From Acidimicrobiia bacterium (lineage in GTDB: Bacteria > Actinomycetota > Acidimicrobiia > Spongiisociales > UBA5794), in the NCBI GenBank assembly GCA_026985095.1, contig JALSQW010000018.1, positions 23,989 through 87,988 of the forward strand: a stretch of DNA of 64,000 nucleotides, read 5' to 3'. Positions 1-11,310 of the stretch are shown piece by piece. Below the pieces are notes generated by a model. That model ran no database searches. It was not told the DNA's origin and saw only the letters and a list, made by a program, of their open reading frames with translations. Made by a program: the position numbers and the translations under genes. The number at the start of each line of letters is the position of its first letter. Within the stretch, counting starts at the first letter, position 1.

Positions 1-2357
1 GCATGGATCCTCGTGTGGCCACGGAGCTCCGGGGGCGCCGCTCCGTAGTCGACCTCGGCGTTGGCGAGGGCCCCGAACTGCGCCTCCCACCACGGCTCGG
101 CGACCCCTTCGGTGTCGACGAGCCGAACCGGGATGGGTGTCTTCGGGGAGATCTGATGGTCGGACCGGAACCTGCGGATCCCTCCGACGAGGTCCTTGAA
201 CACCTCGACCGATCGGGGTCCTCGAACCGCCGGAGGGACTGGCCACGACGCGGTGATCAGGAGGCTCCCGTCGCCGAGCTCGCTCCACAGCTCCTCGGTG
301 AGGTACGGGACCGCAGGGTGGAAGAACTTCAGGAGGTCGCGGAGGACGACGCCGAGGGTGCGCCGCGTGGTCGCCTCCCTGGCGGGATCACGCAGCGGCG
401 ACTTGGCCAGCTCGATGTACCAGTCGAACACCTCCGACCACGCGAAGTTGTAGAGAAGCCCGTAGGCGTCGGAGAACCGGTATCCGTCGAGGAGCCGATC
501 GAACTCCTCGGCCACGGCCGCCAAGCGTTCGAGGATCCACGCATCCTCCGGCCCGGGGTCCTGCGGATAGCCCCCATCGACGGGAACGCCGGTGATCCGC
601 TCGTGCTCGACGGCGAAGCGGACGGCGTTCCACAGCTTGTTCCCGAAGCGACGGGCGGCGTCGATCCATTGCTCGTTGAGGGGGATGTCGTGGCCCGGTG
701 CGGCCGATTGGATGAGGGCCAGGCGCACGGCGTCGGCGCCGTAGCTCTCCACGAGTTCGAGAGGGTCGAGGGCGTTGCCGGTCGACTTGGACATCTTGCG
801 ACCTTCGGCGTCTCTGACCAGACCGTGGATGACGACGTCGGGGAAGGGCGCCTCCCCGGTGAAGTGCAGACCCATCTTGATCATCCGGGCCACCCAGAAG
901 TAGATGATGTCGAAGCCGGTGACCATGACGCTCGTGGGGTAGTACCGCTCGTAGTCCGGGGTCTCGTCGGGCCAACCCATGGTCGAGAACGGCCACAGCG
1001 CCGACGAGAACCATGTGTCGAGAACGTCCTCGTCGCGGCGCAGCCCGGTACCGCCGCACGTCGGACAAACATCGGGATCGTCCATGGCGACGATCGTCTC
1101 GCCGCAATCCTCGCAGTACCACGCCGGGATCTGATGACCCCACCAGAGTTGGCGGGAGATGCACCAGTCCCGAAGGTTCTCCATCCAATGGAAGTAGTTC
1201 TTCTCCCAGCGTTTGGGCACGAAGCGGATGGTTCCGTCGGCCACCGCCGCGATGGCGGGCTCCACGAGGGGCCGGACCTTGACGAACCATTGCAGCGACA
1301 GCATCGGCTCGACGACGGTCCCGCATCTCGAGCAGTGACCGACCGAGTGGTGATGCTCTTCCACGCGCTCGAGGAAGCCTCGTTTGGACAGATCGTGACG
1401 GATGGCCTCGCGGGCTTCCATCCGGTCCATGCCGACGTAGTCGCCGCCTTCGGCGGTGATGGTGCCCTCGGTGTCGATCACCTGGATCGGGGGCAGGTCG
1501 TGACGGCGGGCGATCTCGAAGTCGAGGGGATCGTGGGCGGGGGTCACCTTGACCGCCCCGGTCCCGAAGGTCGGATCGACGTCGGCGTCGGCGACGACGG
1601 GGATCTCCCGTTCCATCAACGGCAACGTGACGGTCTTGCCGATGGCGTCGGCGTAGCGTTCGTCGTCGGGATGGACCGCCACCGCCGTGTCTCCGAGCAT
1701 CGTCTCGGGACGGGTCGTGGCGACGACGACCGCGCCGGAACCATCGGTGAACGGATAGCGGATGTAGCTCAGTTCCCCGATCTCGTCCTCGTGTTCGACC
1801 TCGATGTCCGACAGCGCCGTGTGGCACCGCGGACACCAGTTGATGATCCGGTCGTCGCGGTAGATGAGTCCCTCTTCGTAGAGGGTCACGAAGACCGTGC
1901 GGACGGCCTTGGACAGCCCCTCGTCGAGGGTGAAACGTTCCCTGCTCCAGTCGGTGGAGAAGCCGAGAACGCGCATCTGCTCCGCGATGCGGTTGCCCGA
2001 TCGTGCCTTCCATGCCCAGACCTGTTCGACGAACCGCTCCCGACCCAGGTCGTGGCGGTTGGTGCCTTCCTTGGCGAGTTCCCGCTCGACGACGTTCTGG
2101 GTGGCGATCCCGGCATGGTCCATACCCGGAAGCCACAGCGCGGCGTAGCCCTGCATCCGTCGTCGGCGGACGATGACGTCCTGGATCGACATGTCGAGGG
2201 CGTGGCCCATGTGGAGGACCCCGGTGACGTTGGGCGGGGGGATGACGATGGAGAAGGGCTCGCCGTCGGGGTTGATCTCAGGTCGGAACGTGCCGGCCTC
2301 TTCCCACACGGGGTACCAGCGAGGTTCGATGTCGGCGGGTTCGTAGGTGGGTTGCAT
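1..2357 (-). CDS. valS: Valyl-tRNA synthetase (3' end runs off the window)
   Basis: Translated by hand from the minus strand: MQPTYEPADIEPRWY...PPPNVTGVLHMGHAL (HIGH motif), with KMSKS near 781-800 and DWCISRQLWWGH. It is missing from the ORF track because it has no stop in the window. A TACACT -10 hexamer lies upstream at 2404-2409. Confidence 0.97.
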   Translation of the reverse strand, partial: MQPTYEPADIEPRWYPVWEEAGTFRPEINPDGEPFSIVIPPPNVTGVLHMGHALDMSIQDVIVRRRRMQGYAALWLPGMDHAGIATQNVVERELAKEGTNRHDLGRERFVEQVWAWKARSGNRIAEQMRVLGFSTDWSRERFTLDEGLSKAVRTVFVTLYEEGLIYRDDRIINWCPRCHTALSDIEVEHEDEIGELSYIRYPFTDGSGAVVVATTRPETMLGDTAVAVHPDDERYADAIGKTVTLPLMEREIPVVADADVDPTFGTGAVKVTPAHDPLDFEIARRHDLPPIQVIDTEGTITAEGGDYVGMDRMEAREAIRHDLSKRGFLERVEEHHHSVGHCSRCGTVVEPMLSLQWFVKVRPLVEPAIAAVADGTIRFVPKRWEKNYFHWMENLRDWCISRQLWWGHQIPAWYCEDCGETIVAMDDPDVCPTCGGTGLRRDEDVLDTWFSSALWPFSTMGWPDETPDYERYYPTSVMVTGFDIIYFWVARMIKMGLHFTGEAPFPDVVIHGLVRDAEGRKMSKSTGNALDPLELVESYGADAVRLALIQSAAPGHDIPLNEQWIDAARRFGNKLWNAVRFAVEHERITGVPVDGGYPQDPGPEDAWILERLAAVAEEFDRLLDGYRFSDAYGLLYNFAWSEVFDWYIELAKSPLRDPAREATTRRTLGVVLRDLLKFFHPAVPYLTEELWSELGDGSLLITASWPVPPAVRGPRSVEVFKDLVGGIRRFRSDHQISPKTPIPVRLVDTEGVAEPWWEAQFGALANAEVDYGAAPPELRGHTRIH

Positions 2358-2414
2358 CTCACGTCCGGGAGCGGCTGCGGACCCTCGACGGGTCGGGTGC
2401 GGAAGTGTACCCGC

Positions 2415-2598
2415 GCGGAGGCCCGGGGTTGACCCCGGGCCTCGCGAGCCTTCCCCCTACCGTGCGACGGAGCAGGGACGCCGGGAGTTCCCCCACGAAC
2501 TCCCGGCTCCCCCACATTCCCCCTGCTTGCCCGAACCGTTCCCTGTCGCACCCATCGCTGGGTGTCCCCCCACAAGGCCCTGGTCCTTCCGCACAGGC
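2415..2598 (-). ncRNA. Candidate structured small RNA of unknown family, G-rich
   Basis: Nested inverted repeats (2446-52/2574-80, 2462-68/2545-51, 2471-77/2521-27, 2480-90/2497-2507), a GCGA-tetraloop hairpin at 2549-2564, an upstream TATGGT -10 at 2605-2610 and a terminal 11-bp hairpin at 2418-2443. Confidence 0.5.
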
Positions 2599-2653
2599 AC
2601 GGTCACCATATGCCCACGCTGTGTGGTTGCCTAGACACAAAGCGTGCTGAACA

Positions 2654-2669
2654 GGGTGACTAGTCACCC
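2654..2669. promoter_or_regulatory. Perfect 16-bp palindrome GGGTGACTAGTCACCC, operator-like
   Basis: Exact inverted repeat in the divergent promoter region between the candidate ncRNA/valS and the amidohydrolase gene. Confidence 0.45.
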
Positions 2670-2737
2670 CCCGTTCGTCCCCGCCCGAGCACCGGCGACT
2701 AGGTTCAGGGTCCGCCGACACGTACGAAGGGAACCCC

Positions 2738-3955
2738 ATGATCCGCATCGAGGCCGAACTCCTCATCCCCGGACGCGGCGAGCCCGTGACCCCGGGCACC
2801 GTGATCCTGGACGGCTCCCGGATCGTCTACGCCGGGCCTCGCAACGGCGCGCCGTCGACCCCAGGCGCCGACGTCGCGGAGGTCGCGACCGTGCTCCCCG
2901 GCCTGTGGGAATGCCACGGCCACTTCATCGGGGCCACGACCCCGGACCTCGAACGGATCGTGACGACCCCACCCGCCACGCTCGTGGCCACCGCCACCGC
3001 AGACGTGGCCGCGACGCTCACCGGCGGCGTCACCTCCGTCCGCGAGGTCGGCGGCTTCGGCATCGACATGCACCCGGCGATCGCGACCGGCACGATCCCG
3101 GGCCCCACGATCCACGGCGCCGGGGCGCTCCTGTCCACCACCGGCGGCCACGGCGACATCCACGGACTCCCCCTCGACTTCGTCCTCAGCCTCGGAGAGC
3201 GCGGGATGCGCTTCACCGAGTTGTGTGACGGCGTCCCCGAGTGTCTCCGCGCCGTCCGCCGCCAGCTCCGCCGCAACGCCAAGGTCATCAAGATCTGCGC
3301 CTCTGGCGGCGTCATGTCCGAGGTCGACCACCCGATCCACCAGCAGTTCTCGGGTGACGAGCTGCGCGCGATCGTCGCCGAAGCCCGCCGCGCCGAACGG
3401 GTCGTCGCCGCCCACTGTCACGGCAAGCCGGGGATCATGGCCGCCCTCGAAGCGGGAGTGACCACGATCGAGCACGGCTCGTACCTCGACGAGGAAGCCG
3501 CCGACCTGATGCTGGCGACCGGGGCGATCCTCGTCCCGACCCGCCTGGTCGTCGCCCAACTCCTCACGATGGAGGACACGCTTCCCCGCTACGCGTACGA
3601 GAAGGGAGTCATGATCGCCGACCGCCACGAGCAGGCGCTGAAACTGGCGATCGCCAAGGGCATCCCCATCGCCATGGGGACCGACATCTTCGTCAGCGGA
3701 CCCCTCTACGGCACCAACTCCCTCGAGATCCGCCTCCTCCAGGATGCCGGCATGACCGCGCTGGAGGCCATCGAGGCGGCCACCGCCAACGGGCCCGCGA
3801 CGCTCGGCCCCCAGGCTCCGCGTTCGGGCATCCTGGGCGAGGGCTACGACGCCGATGTCATCGCCGTCGATTTCGACCCCCTGTCGGACGCATCACCCTG
3901 GGGCGACCCCGATCGCGTGACCCACGTGTGGAAAGCCGGCGCCCGCGCCAAGTGA
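2738..3955 (+). CDS. Metal-dependent amidohydrolase (Xaa-Pro dipeptidase-like)
   Basis: PGLWECHGH (HxH), KIC, AHCHG, IEHG and GTD metal-ligand motifs; AAGGGA RBS. Confidence 0.9.
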   Translation: MIRIEAELLIPGRGEPVTPGTVILDGSRIVYAGPRNGAPSTPGADVAEVATVLPGLWECHGHFIGATTPDLERIVTTPPATLVATATADVAATLTGGVTSVREVGGFGIDMHPAIATGTIPGPTIHGAGALLSTTGGHGDIHGLPLDFVLSLGERGMRFTELCDGVPECLRAVRRQLRRNAKVIKICASGGVMSEVDHPIHQQFSGDELRAIVAEARRAERVVAAHCHGKPGIMAALEAGVTTIEHGSYLDEEAADLMLATGAILVPTRLVVAQLLTMEDTLPRYAYEKGVMIADRHEQALKLAIAKGIPIAMGTDIFVSGPLYGTNSLEIRLLQDAGMTALEAIEAATANGPATLGPQAPRSGILGEGYDADVIAVDFDPLSDASPWGDPDRVTHVWKAGARAK

Positions 3956-3961
3956 CCGCCG

Positions 3962-4083
3962 AACCCAGGGTTCACCACACCCCTGAAGGGGGCTCCCCAA
4001 CCCAGGGTTCACCACACCCCTGAAGGGGGTTCCCGAACCCAGGGTTCACCACACCCCTCCAGGGGGCTCCCCAACCCAGGGTT
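3962..4083. repeat. 37-bp-period double-palindrome array (REP/BIME-like), copy 1
   Basis: AACCCAGGGTT at 3962, 3999, 4036 and 4073, alternating with CCCCT(GA/CC)AGGGG; lies between convergent genes. Confidence 0.93.
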
Positions 4084-4114
4084 GGCGACGCACGCAGCGC
4101 AACGCCGACCGACG

Positions 4115-4780
4115 CTAGAGCTCTCCGAATGCGAGCTGCGGCGGGTCCGGGGTGGGGGTCCGTCTCGGGCGCGCGATCCGACGTCGCGGCACCCCGTCGG
4201 CGAACAGCGGCTCACCGATCGACGCGGCCAGACGATCCGCGATCGGCCACCAGTCGAAACGATCGTCGATCGCGCTGGCGGCGATACGCACGAGCCGGGA
4301 CGCCTCGACGAGGCCCGGCAACCGGTCGTCCAGGAGGTCCTCGATCTCACGGCGGAAGGCGTCCGACGTGCTCCGCACACCGTCGGACCGCAGGTCCACG
4401 TCGGGCATCAGGCGCACGACCAGGTCGTAGGTTCCCGACCAGCGGACAACCAGAGGACCGACGTCGAACGGATCCTCTCCGCCGCAGGCCCGCAGGTAGT
4501 AGGCGAAGTTGTCCATGACGCCGCGGTCGAGGACGAGGACCTCGGCTTTGGGCGCCAGCTCCAGCTCCTGACGGATCTGGGAGACGAGCACCCACAGCTG
4601 CGCCTCGCCGGTGGCGCCTTCGTTGATCCCCAATGGGTTGTCCCGCACGACCTCACGACCGTACTCGACCGACCGCCCGGCCCGTTGCATGGCGTTCGCG
4701 AACCCATGGGCGGCGGTCGTCTTACGGATCCCGTGCGAGCCGACGAACGCCACCTTGGCGTTCCGCTGCCACCGCGCCAC
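4115..4780 (-). CDS. P-loop NTPase, AAA_28/NadR-type kinase-like
   Basis: N-terminal KVAFVGSHGIRKTT P-loop-like motif, LVLDRGVMDNFAY and DGVR; directly downstream of clpX. Confidence 0.7.
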   Translation of the reverse strand: MARWQRNAKVAFVGSHGIRKTTAAHGFANAMQRAGRSVEYGREVVRDNPLGINEGATGEAQLWVLVSQIRQELELAPKAEVLVLDRGVMDNFAYYLRACGGEDPFDVGPLVVRWSGTYDLVVRLMPDVDLRSDGVRSTSDAFRREIEDLLDDRLPGLVEASRLVRIAASAIDDRFDWWPIADRLAASIGEPLFADGVPRRRIARPRRTPTPDPPQLAFGEL

Positions 4781-4786
4781 GTCGGA

Positions 4787-6061
<1,275 letters not shown>

Positions 6062-6071
6062 CTGGCTCTCC

Positions 6072-6680
6072 CTACCCCGCGACGGCTTCGAGTGTACGGC
6101 CTGTCAGGACCTCGTCGATGATGCCATATTCCTTGCCTTCTTCGGCGCCCATCCAGAAGTCACGCTCGGTGTCCTGCCGGACCTTCTCGATCGGCTGGCC
6201 GGTGTGCTCGGCCAGGATCTGGTTGAGGTCCTCCCTCGTCTTGAGGATCTCCTTGGCGTGGATCTCGATATCGGACGCCTGACCCCCGAGGCCCGAGATG
6301 TGGGGCTGATGCACCATGATCCGGGAATGGGGAAGGGCGAACCGCTTGCCGGCGGCGCCTGCGGACAGGAGCACGGCCGCGGCCGACGCGGCGAGCCCCA
6401 TGCAGTAGGTGGCGACGTCGGGTTTGACGAACTGCATCGTGTCGTAGATGGCCATCAACGACGTCGTCGACCCGCCCGGCGAGTTGATGTACAGGTTGAT
6501 GTCCTTCTCGGGGTCCTCGCCCTCGAGATGGAGGAGCTGGGCCATGATGATGTTGGCGACGCCGTCGTCGATCGGCGTGCCGAGGAACACGATGCGGTCC
6601 TTCAGGAGCCTGCTGTAGATGTCGAACGCCCGCTCGCCACGGGGCGTCTGTTCGATGACCGTTGGAACCAGGTATGTCAT
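6072..6680 (-). CDS. clpP: ATP-dependent Clp protease proteolytic subunit
   Basis: [11 protein letters not shown]..., [19 protein letters not shown] (Ser), MVHQP, ERDFW; GAGGAG RBS. Start trimmed from the ORF track. Confidence 0.98.
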   Translation of the reverse strand: MTYLVPTVIEQTPRGERAFDIYSRLLKDRIVFLGTPIDDGVANIIMAQLLHLEGEDPEKDINLYINSPGGSTTSLMAIYDTMQFVKPDVATYCMGLAASAAAVLLSAGAAGKRFALPHSRIMVHQPHISGLGGQASDIEIHAKEILKTREDLNQILAEHTGQPIEKVRQDTERDFWMGAEEGKEYGIIDEVLTGRTLEAVAG

Positions 6681-6681
6681 T

Positions 6682-8133
6682 TCACTCCTCGGTGGCCTCG
6701 TTGGACCCGTCGGCGTCCGGGGCATCCTCCACCCCGTCGACCGTTGCGTCGGTTTCGAGATCGGTTGTTCGTTGGGCTTGCTCGTCTTGGCCGTCATCCT
6801 CGGTGTCCTCGACCACGGGGGTCAGGTCCACCGGGTTCCCTTCCGCGTCGACGGGCGTCGCCGCCTCGACGAGTCGGTCGAGAGCCTTCCTGCGGAGGAT
6901 ATCACCGGTCAGTGCCTCTACTTGACCACCTTGTCGGATCGCCTCTTCCAATTCGTCGGCAGGTGCACCCGAAGATGCAGCGAGGAGTTTCACGGTCTCG
7001 GAGATGTCCTCGTCGGTCACCTCGATGCCTTCGACCGTCGCCACGCCCTCCAACAGCACCCGCGACGACAAGGCGGCCGCGGCTTGGGAACGAACGTCGG
7101 CCAGGAACGATTCCTGGTCCTGGTTCATCAGGTTCAGGTAGAGACCGAACGGGATCTGTTCCTGCTCGAGCCGCTGGAGCAGGTTCCGGACCCGCGCCTC
7201 GACCTCGGCCTCGACCAGCGCCTCGGGGAGCTCGATGTCGGTCTCGTCGACGAGGGACTCGACGACCTTGTCCGAGAACACCGCCCGGGCCTCGGCGACC
7301 TTGCGTGCCAGGAGCGCTCTGCGGATGGTGTCCTCGAGCTCGGAGATCGTGTCGAACTCGGTGGTGTCGGCGACGAACTCGTCGGTGAGCTCAGGCAGCT
7401 TCTTGGCCCGAACCTCCTTGACGAGGACCCGCAGCGTCACCTCCGGGTCTCGACCCTCCTCCCGGAAGCCCTCTGGGAGTTCCCCCGGCCCCTCCTTGAC
7501 GTCGCCGGCGGAGGCGCCGACGAGCAGCTCGTCGAGCCCGGGCAGGAACGATCGAGAACCGATCTCGTAGAGTAGGTCGTTGGCTTGCCCCTGCGCCAGC
7601 TCCTGACCACCCTGGAGGGTCGAGACGTTGACGAGCACGAAGTCGCCCTCGAAGGCGGGCCGATCCACCGTCTCGAGCTCCGCGAACTGGTTCCGAAGGG
7701 CGTCGATCTGCTCGGCGATCTCCTCGTCGGTCACCGTCGGGGGTTCGATCTCGACCTCACGGCCGACGAACTCGGGGACCGCATCGAGCGTGGGCCACAG
7801 GGTGATGAGCACGTCGACGTCGACGCCGCCCCCTTCTGCGTCACGCACCTCGGTCACCTTGGGGACGGTGACCGGCTCGAGGGCGGTCTCTTCGATGGCG
7901 GCGCCGATGAGCTCGGGGATGGCCTCCTCGATCGCCTCACTCCGGAGCGTCTCGGAGCCCACCATCCTCTCGACGATGGCCCGAGGGGCCTTGCCGGGTC
8001 GGAAGCCCTTGATCTTCATGCTCTTCGACAGCTTCCGCGCGGCCGCGTCCTTGGCCCGCTCGAGCTCGTCCTCGGGGACATGGACGGTCAGCGTCCGTTC
8101 GTACCGGCCGGTTTCCTTCACCTCGGTCTGCAC
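6682..8133 (-). CDS. tig: Trigger factor
   Basis: GFRPGKAP ribosome-binding motif; GTG start at 8133 with AAGGAG RBS; tig-clpP-clpX order. Confidence 0.96.
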   Translation of the reverse strand: MQTEVKETGRYERTLTVHVPEDELERAKDAAARKLSKSMKIKGFRPGKAPRAIVERMVGSETLRSEAIEEAIPELIGAAIEETALEPVTVPKVTEVRDAEGGGVDVDVLITLWPTLDAVPEFVGREVEIEPPTVTDEEIAEQIDALRNQFAELETVDRPAFEGDFVLVNVSTLQGGQELAQGQANDLLYEIGSRSFLPGLDELLVGASAGDVKEGPGELPEGFREEGRDPEVTLRVLVKEVRAKKLPELTDEFVADTTEFDTISELEDTIRRALLARKVAEARAVFSDKVVESLVDETDIELPEALVEAEVEARVRNLLQRLEQEQIPFGLYLNLMNQDQESFLADVRSQAAAALSSRVLLEGVATVEGIEVTDEDISETVKLLAASSGAPADELEEAIRQGGQVEALTGDILRRKALDRLVEAATPVDAEGNPVDLTPVVEDTEDDGQDEQAQRTTDLETDATVDGVEDAPDADGSNEATEE

Positions 8134-8190
8134 CGTGTTCGACTCCTTCGTATGACGCACCCCTCCTCGCCACGAGGGTCGGAGGGGTGT

Positions 8191-8268
8191 TGGGGTGGCC
8201 GACGGGAATCGAACCCGCGACCTCCGGGACCACAACCCGGCGCTCTAACCGACTGAGCTACGGCCACC
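8191..8268 (-). tRNA. tRNA-His (GUG)
   Basis: Cloverleaf with anticodon loop TTGTGGT; encoded G-1 and CCA. Confidence 0.96.
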
Positions 8269-8301
8269 ATGAACGGACGGAGGCTCCGCCTCCGTCCCGA
8301 G

Positions 8302-8374
8302 CGCCCCCGGAAGGATTCGAACCCTCGACCAAGAGCTTAGAAGGCTCCTGCTCTGTCCACTGAGCTACGGGGGC
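8302..8374 (-). tRNA. tRNA-Arg (UCU)
   Basis: Cloverleaf with anticodon loop CTTCTAA and T-loop TTCGAAT. Confidence 0.95.
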
Positions 8375-8400
8375 ACGACGGCGGACGGACACGTCCGTCG

Positions 8401-8471
8401 AGCGGATGACGGGAATCGAACCCGCATGACCAGCTTGGAAGGCTGGGGCTCTACCATTGAGCTACATCCGC
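8401..8471 (-). tRNA. tRNA-Gly (UCC)
   Basis: Cloverleaf GCGGATG...; anticodon loop CTTCCAA. Confidence 0.95.
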
Positions 8472-8508
8472 CTGCGGGCCGGAGGATACCCCTGGCCGGC
8501 CCCGTTCG

Positions 8509-8582
8509 TCGGGCTGGCCGGATTCGAACCGGCGACCCCCTGCTCCCAAAGCAGGTGCGCTGCCAAACTGCGCTACAGCCCG
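8509..8582 (-). tRNA. tRNA-Pro (UGG)
   Basis: Cloverleaf CGGGCTG...; anticodon loop TTTGGGA. Confidence 0.95.
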
Positions 8583-8672
8583 TCGCCTCCATTGTCGCAG
8601 CCCGGCAGAGGTTGTCACACCCATGGCCGATCGGCTCGGGATAGGGGATCCAAGACTGGTAACCTCCCTGCC

Positions 8673-8745
8673 GGGTCGCTAGCTCAATCGGCAGAGCAGG
8701 GGCCTCTTAAGCCCAAGGTTCAGGGTTCGATTCCCTGGCGACCCA
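8673..8745 (+). tRNA. tRNA-Lys (CUU)
   Basis: Cloverleaf GGGTCGC...; anticodon loop CTCTTAA; TAACCT -10 hexamer 7 nt upstream. Confidence 0.93.
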
Positions 8746-8750
8746 CCGAT

Positions 8751-8778
8751 GAGGCCCTCGGGATCACCCGAGGGCCTC
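8751..8778. terminator. 12-bp GC-rich hairpin after tRNA-Lys (terminator or processing stem)
   Basis: GAGGCCCTCGGG-ATCA-CCCGAGGGCCTC; no U-tract. Confidence 0.5.
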
Positions 8779-8812
8779 GCTCGTGCCGACACGTGCCAGA
8801 ATCTCGGTGCAC

Positions 8813-8895
8813 GCGGGCGTGGCGGAACGGGAGACGCGCCGGGTTTAGGTCCCGGTGGCCGCAAGGCCGTGGGGGTTCGAATCCCTCCGCCCGCA
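8813..8895 (+). tRNA. tRNA-Leu (UAG)
   Basis: Cloverleaf with long variable arm GGCC-GCAA-GGCC; anticodon loop TTTAGGT. Confidence 0.95.
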
Positions 8896-8977
8896 CCTCC
8901 GGGTCGTCCGCCTCGGGCCCTTTCGCGGAACCCGAACCGGCCGACAGGCTCGGGCGATGGAACGGACCGGAGCCCAC

Positions 8978-9196
8978 ATGCCGATGACCCCGCGTTTGCA
9001 GCAGGCCCTCGAACGGATCGAGGCGCGCCGCGTGGCGTTGGAACGTGAGATCGTGGCCGAGATCGAGGCTCGGTTCTTCGTCCTCCCCGAGCCGGAGATC
9101 GAGGACGTCACCGTCCACCTGGGTGCGCCCGACCCGACCATCGACGAGTCGTCGACCTACGGCACCTCGCCGTTCGAAACGGTCTGGTACGCCTGA
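8978..9196 (+). CDS. Small acidic hypothetical protein (72 aa)
   Basis: GGAG RBS before the ATG, GC3-biased codons, fills an otherwise empty gap. Confidence 0.6.
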   Translation: MPMTPRLQQALERIEARRVALEREIVAEIEARFFVLPEPEIEDVTVHLGAPDPTIDESSTYGTSPFETVWYA

Positions 9197-9230
9197 CGTC
9201 GACAGCCGTGCGCTCCGGATCCCCGACCCC

Positions 9231-9833
9231 TCAGGGTCGGGGATCTCGGCCGTCTCCCTTCAGGAGGCGAGCCATCGCCTCGAGTGCCCGGGCCCGATGG
9301 CTGATCCGGTTCTTCTCCTCCGGCGGCATCTCCGCCAGCGTGCGCCCGTCGACGATGAACACCGGGTCGTAGCCGAAGCCCTCGGATCCCCGGGGCCGAC
9401 GGGCGATGCTCCCCTCCAGGACCCCTTCGGCGATCCGGATCGCTCCCTGCGGCTCGGCGAGCGCCACCACGGTCCTGAAACGCGCCCGACGATCGGCGAC
9501 GTCTGCGAGTTCGGCCAGGAGCTCGGCGACGTTCTCCTCGTAGGTGGCGTCGGGACCCGCGTACCGAGCCGTGCGGACGCCGGGGCGACCATCGAGCGCG
9601 GCGACCTCCAGACCCGTGTCGTCGGCGAGGGCCGCGATGCCCGTGGCGTTCGCCGCGGCGCGGGCCTTGAGGATGGCGTTGCCCTCCAGGGTCAGCTCGG
9701 TCTCGTCCACGTCGGGCCAGGTAGCGTCGCGGACGATCTCGGCCTCGACGCCGAGGCGGCGGAGGACCGCTTCGACCTCGCGGACCTTGTCCGGGTTCTT
9801 CGTCGCCACCACGAGGCGGGAGGGGATGATCAC
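9231..9833 (-). CDS. rdgB: Non-canonical purine NTP pyrophosphatase (RdgB/HAM1)
   Basis: ATKNPDK, ADDTGL, GFGYDP and KNRISHR motifs; follows rph. Confidence 0.97.
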   Translation of the reverse strand: MIIPSRLVVATKNPDKVREVEAVLRRLGVEAEIVRDATWPDVDETELTLEGNAILKARAAANATGIAALADDTGLEVAALDGRPGVRTARYAGPDATYEENVAELLAELADVADRRARFRTVVALAEPQGAIRIAEGVLEGSIARRPRGSEGFGYDPVFIVDGRTLAEMPPEEKNRISHRARALEAMARLLKGDGRDPRP

Positions 9834-10534
9834 TCGCCGAGGGCCTCTCGCTGTTTGACGACGAGCTCGGCGATCCCCTTCGCTCCGAGTTCGATCAGGG
9901 CATCGAGCTGGTCGCGCGTGAAGGGTTCCCCCTCGGCGGTGCCCTGGACCTCGACGAACCGACCCGTTCCGGTCATGACGAGGTTCGCATCGACGTCGGC
10001 AGCCACGTCCTCGACGTACTCGAGATCGAGGAGCTCGGCGCCCTCGACGATCCCCACCGACACCGCGGCAACGTGATCCACGATCGGGCTTCGCTCCAGT
10101 TTCCCTTCCGCGATGCGAGCTGCGAAGGCGTCGGCGAGCGCCACCCAGGCGCCCGTGATCGCCGCAGTGCGGGTGCCGCCGTCGGCCTGGAGCACGTCAC
10201 AGTCGACTCGGGCCGTACACGGACCCATGGCGGCGAGGTCGACCGCTGCACGGAGCGCCCGGCCGATAAGCCGCTGGATCTCCTTGGTCCGTCCGCCCGA
10301 GATGGAACTCCGACGGACCCGCTCGGGGGACGATCCCGGCAGCATCGAGTACTCGGCGGTGATCCACCCCTCCTGGGTCTCGCGCATCCAGGGCGGGACG
10401 TCCTCGTCGAACGACACGGTGCACAGCACCCGGGTCCGACCCATCTTGATGAGCACCGATCCCGGCGTCATCTCGGTGTAGCCCCGCTCGATCTCGACGG
10501 GCCGCAGCTCGTCGGCGTTCCTGTCCGTCCTCAT
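9830..10534 (-). CDS. rph: Ribonuclease PH
   Basis: [34 protein letters not shown] and EVQGTAE. Confidence 0.98.
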   Translation of the reverse strand: MRTDRNADELRPVEIERGYTEMTPGSVLIKMGRTRVLCTVSFDEDVPPWMRETQEGWITAEYSMLPGSSPERVRRSSISGGRTKEIQRLIGRALRAAVDLAAMGPCTARVDCDVLQADGGTRTAAITGAWVALADAFAARIAEGKLERSPIVDHVAAVSVGIVEGAELLDLEYVEDVAADVDANLVMTGTGRFVEVQGTAEGEPFTRDQLDALIELGAKGIAELVVKQREALGE

Positions 10535-11310
10535 GGTGCTCCCTCGTCGTCGGAATGGTCGATGCCGAACGTGGTCCCTGGCGCCGCATAGGTGGCGGAG
10601 CGGCCGAACGCGGCCTCGGCCTCGCCGAGGGACACCGCCGGGTCAAGGATCGCCCCCACGTGGGTGACGACGAGCTCGGCGACCTCCGCCGCGGCCGCGA
10701 TGGCACCCGCCTCCGACGCAGTGAGATGGTACGGGTAGGTGCCGGGGGTGCGTTCCCCTTGCAGGCTCGCTTCGCACACGAGGAGATCGGCGTCGGCGGC
10801 CAACGATGGGAGGTCGCCGCCGGGCCCCGTGTCCCCGCTGTAGACGATGGCCCCGTCGGGGGTTTCGAATCGGGTGACGAGCGCGGGCACCGGATGCACG
10901 GCATCGCCGAAGGTCAGCTCCACGTCTCCGACGACGATGCGGTCACCGGCGGTGACGGTGCGCAGATCGAGGACATGGTGGAAGACGTGCTCGGCGGTGG
11001 CGCCGGCGAACGCGGCGAGATGCTCACCGGCACCGGGAGGAACGTACACGGGCATCGGCACGATCCCCGACGGGCCGTAGGCAAGGTAGCCGTACAACCC
11101 GAACAGGTCGGTGCAATGGTCGGCGTGGACGTGGCTGATCACCACCGCATCGAGCAACCCGGGGTCGACGCGCCGGGCCAGCTCCATGAACGTACCGGTC
11201 CCGGCATCGACCCACACCGACGTCGAGGCGGCCTCCAGCAGGTAGCCCGATGCCGGGTTGGTCCGCGTCGGCGTCCCGCCGCTCGAGCCGAGGACCGTCC
11301 AGGTCGTCAT
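10531..11310 (-). CDS. MBL-fold metallo-hydrolase (Rv1339-like)
   Basis: SHVHADH, YSGDTG and HLT motifs; conserved position upstream of rph. Confidence 0.9.
   Translation of the reverse strand: MTTWTVLGSSGGTPTRTNPASGYLLEAASTSVWVDAGTGTFMELARRVDPGLLDAVVISHVHADHCTDLFGLYGYLAYGPSGIVPMPVYVPPGAGEHLAAFAGATAEHVFHHVLDLRTVTAGDRIVVGDVELTFGDAVHPVPALVTRFETPDGAIVYSGDTGPGGDLPSLAADADLLVCEASLQGERTPGTYPYHLTASEAGAIAAAAEVAELVVTHVGAILDPAVSLGEAEAAFGRSATYAAPGTTFGIDHSDDEGAP

Noticed and set aside
3..2432. 809-aa plus-strand ORF
   Set aside because: Codon-aligned antisense shadow of valS with no recognisable motifs; typical of high-GC3 genomes.
2358..2600. T-box riboswitch for valS
   Set aside because: No T-box consensus or specifier stem seen, and valS has its own -10 downstream of the hairpin.
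3962..4083. The 37-bp arrays as CRISPR
   Set aside because: No unique 25-40 nt spacers (only 7-nt near-identical linkers), only 3-4 units per array, and no cas genes or leader.
8673..8745. tRNA-Lys as a pseudogene (G-A mismatch at the top of the anticodon stem)
   Set aside because: A single terminal mismatch is tolerated; all other arms and a promoter are intact.
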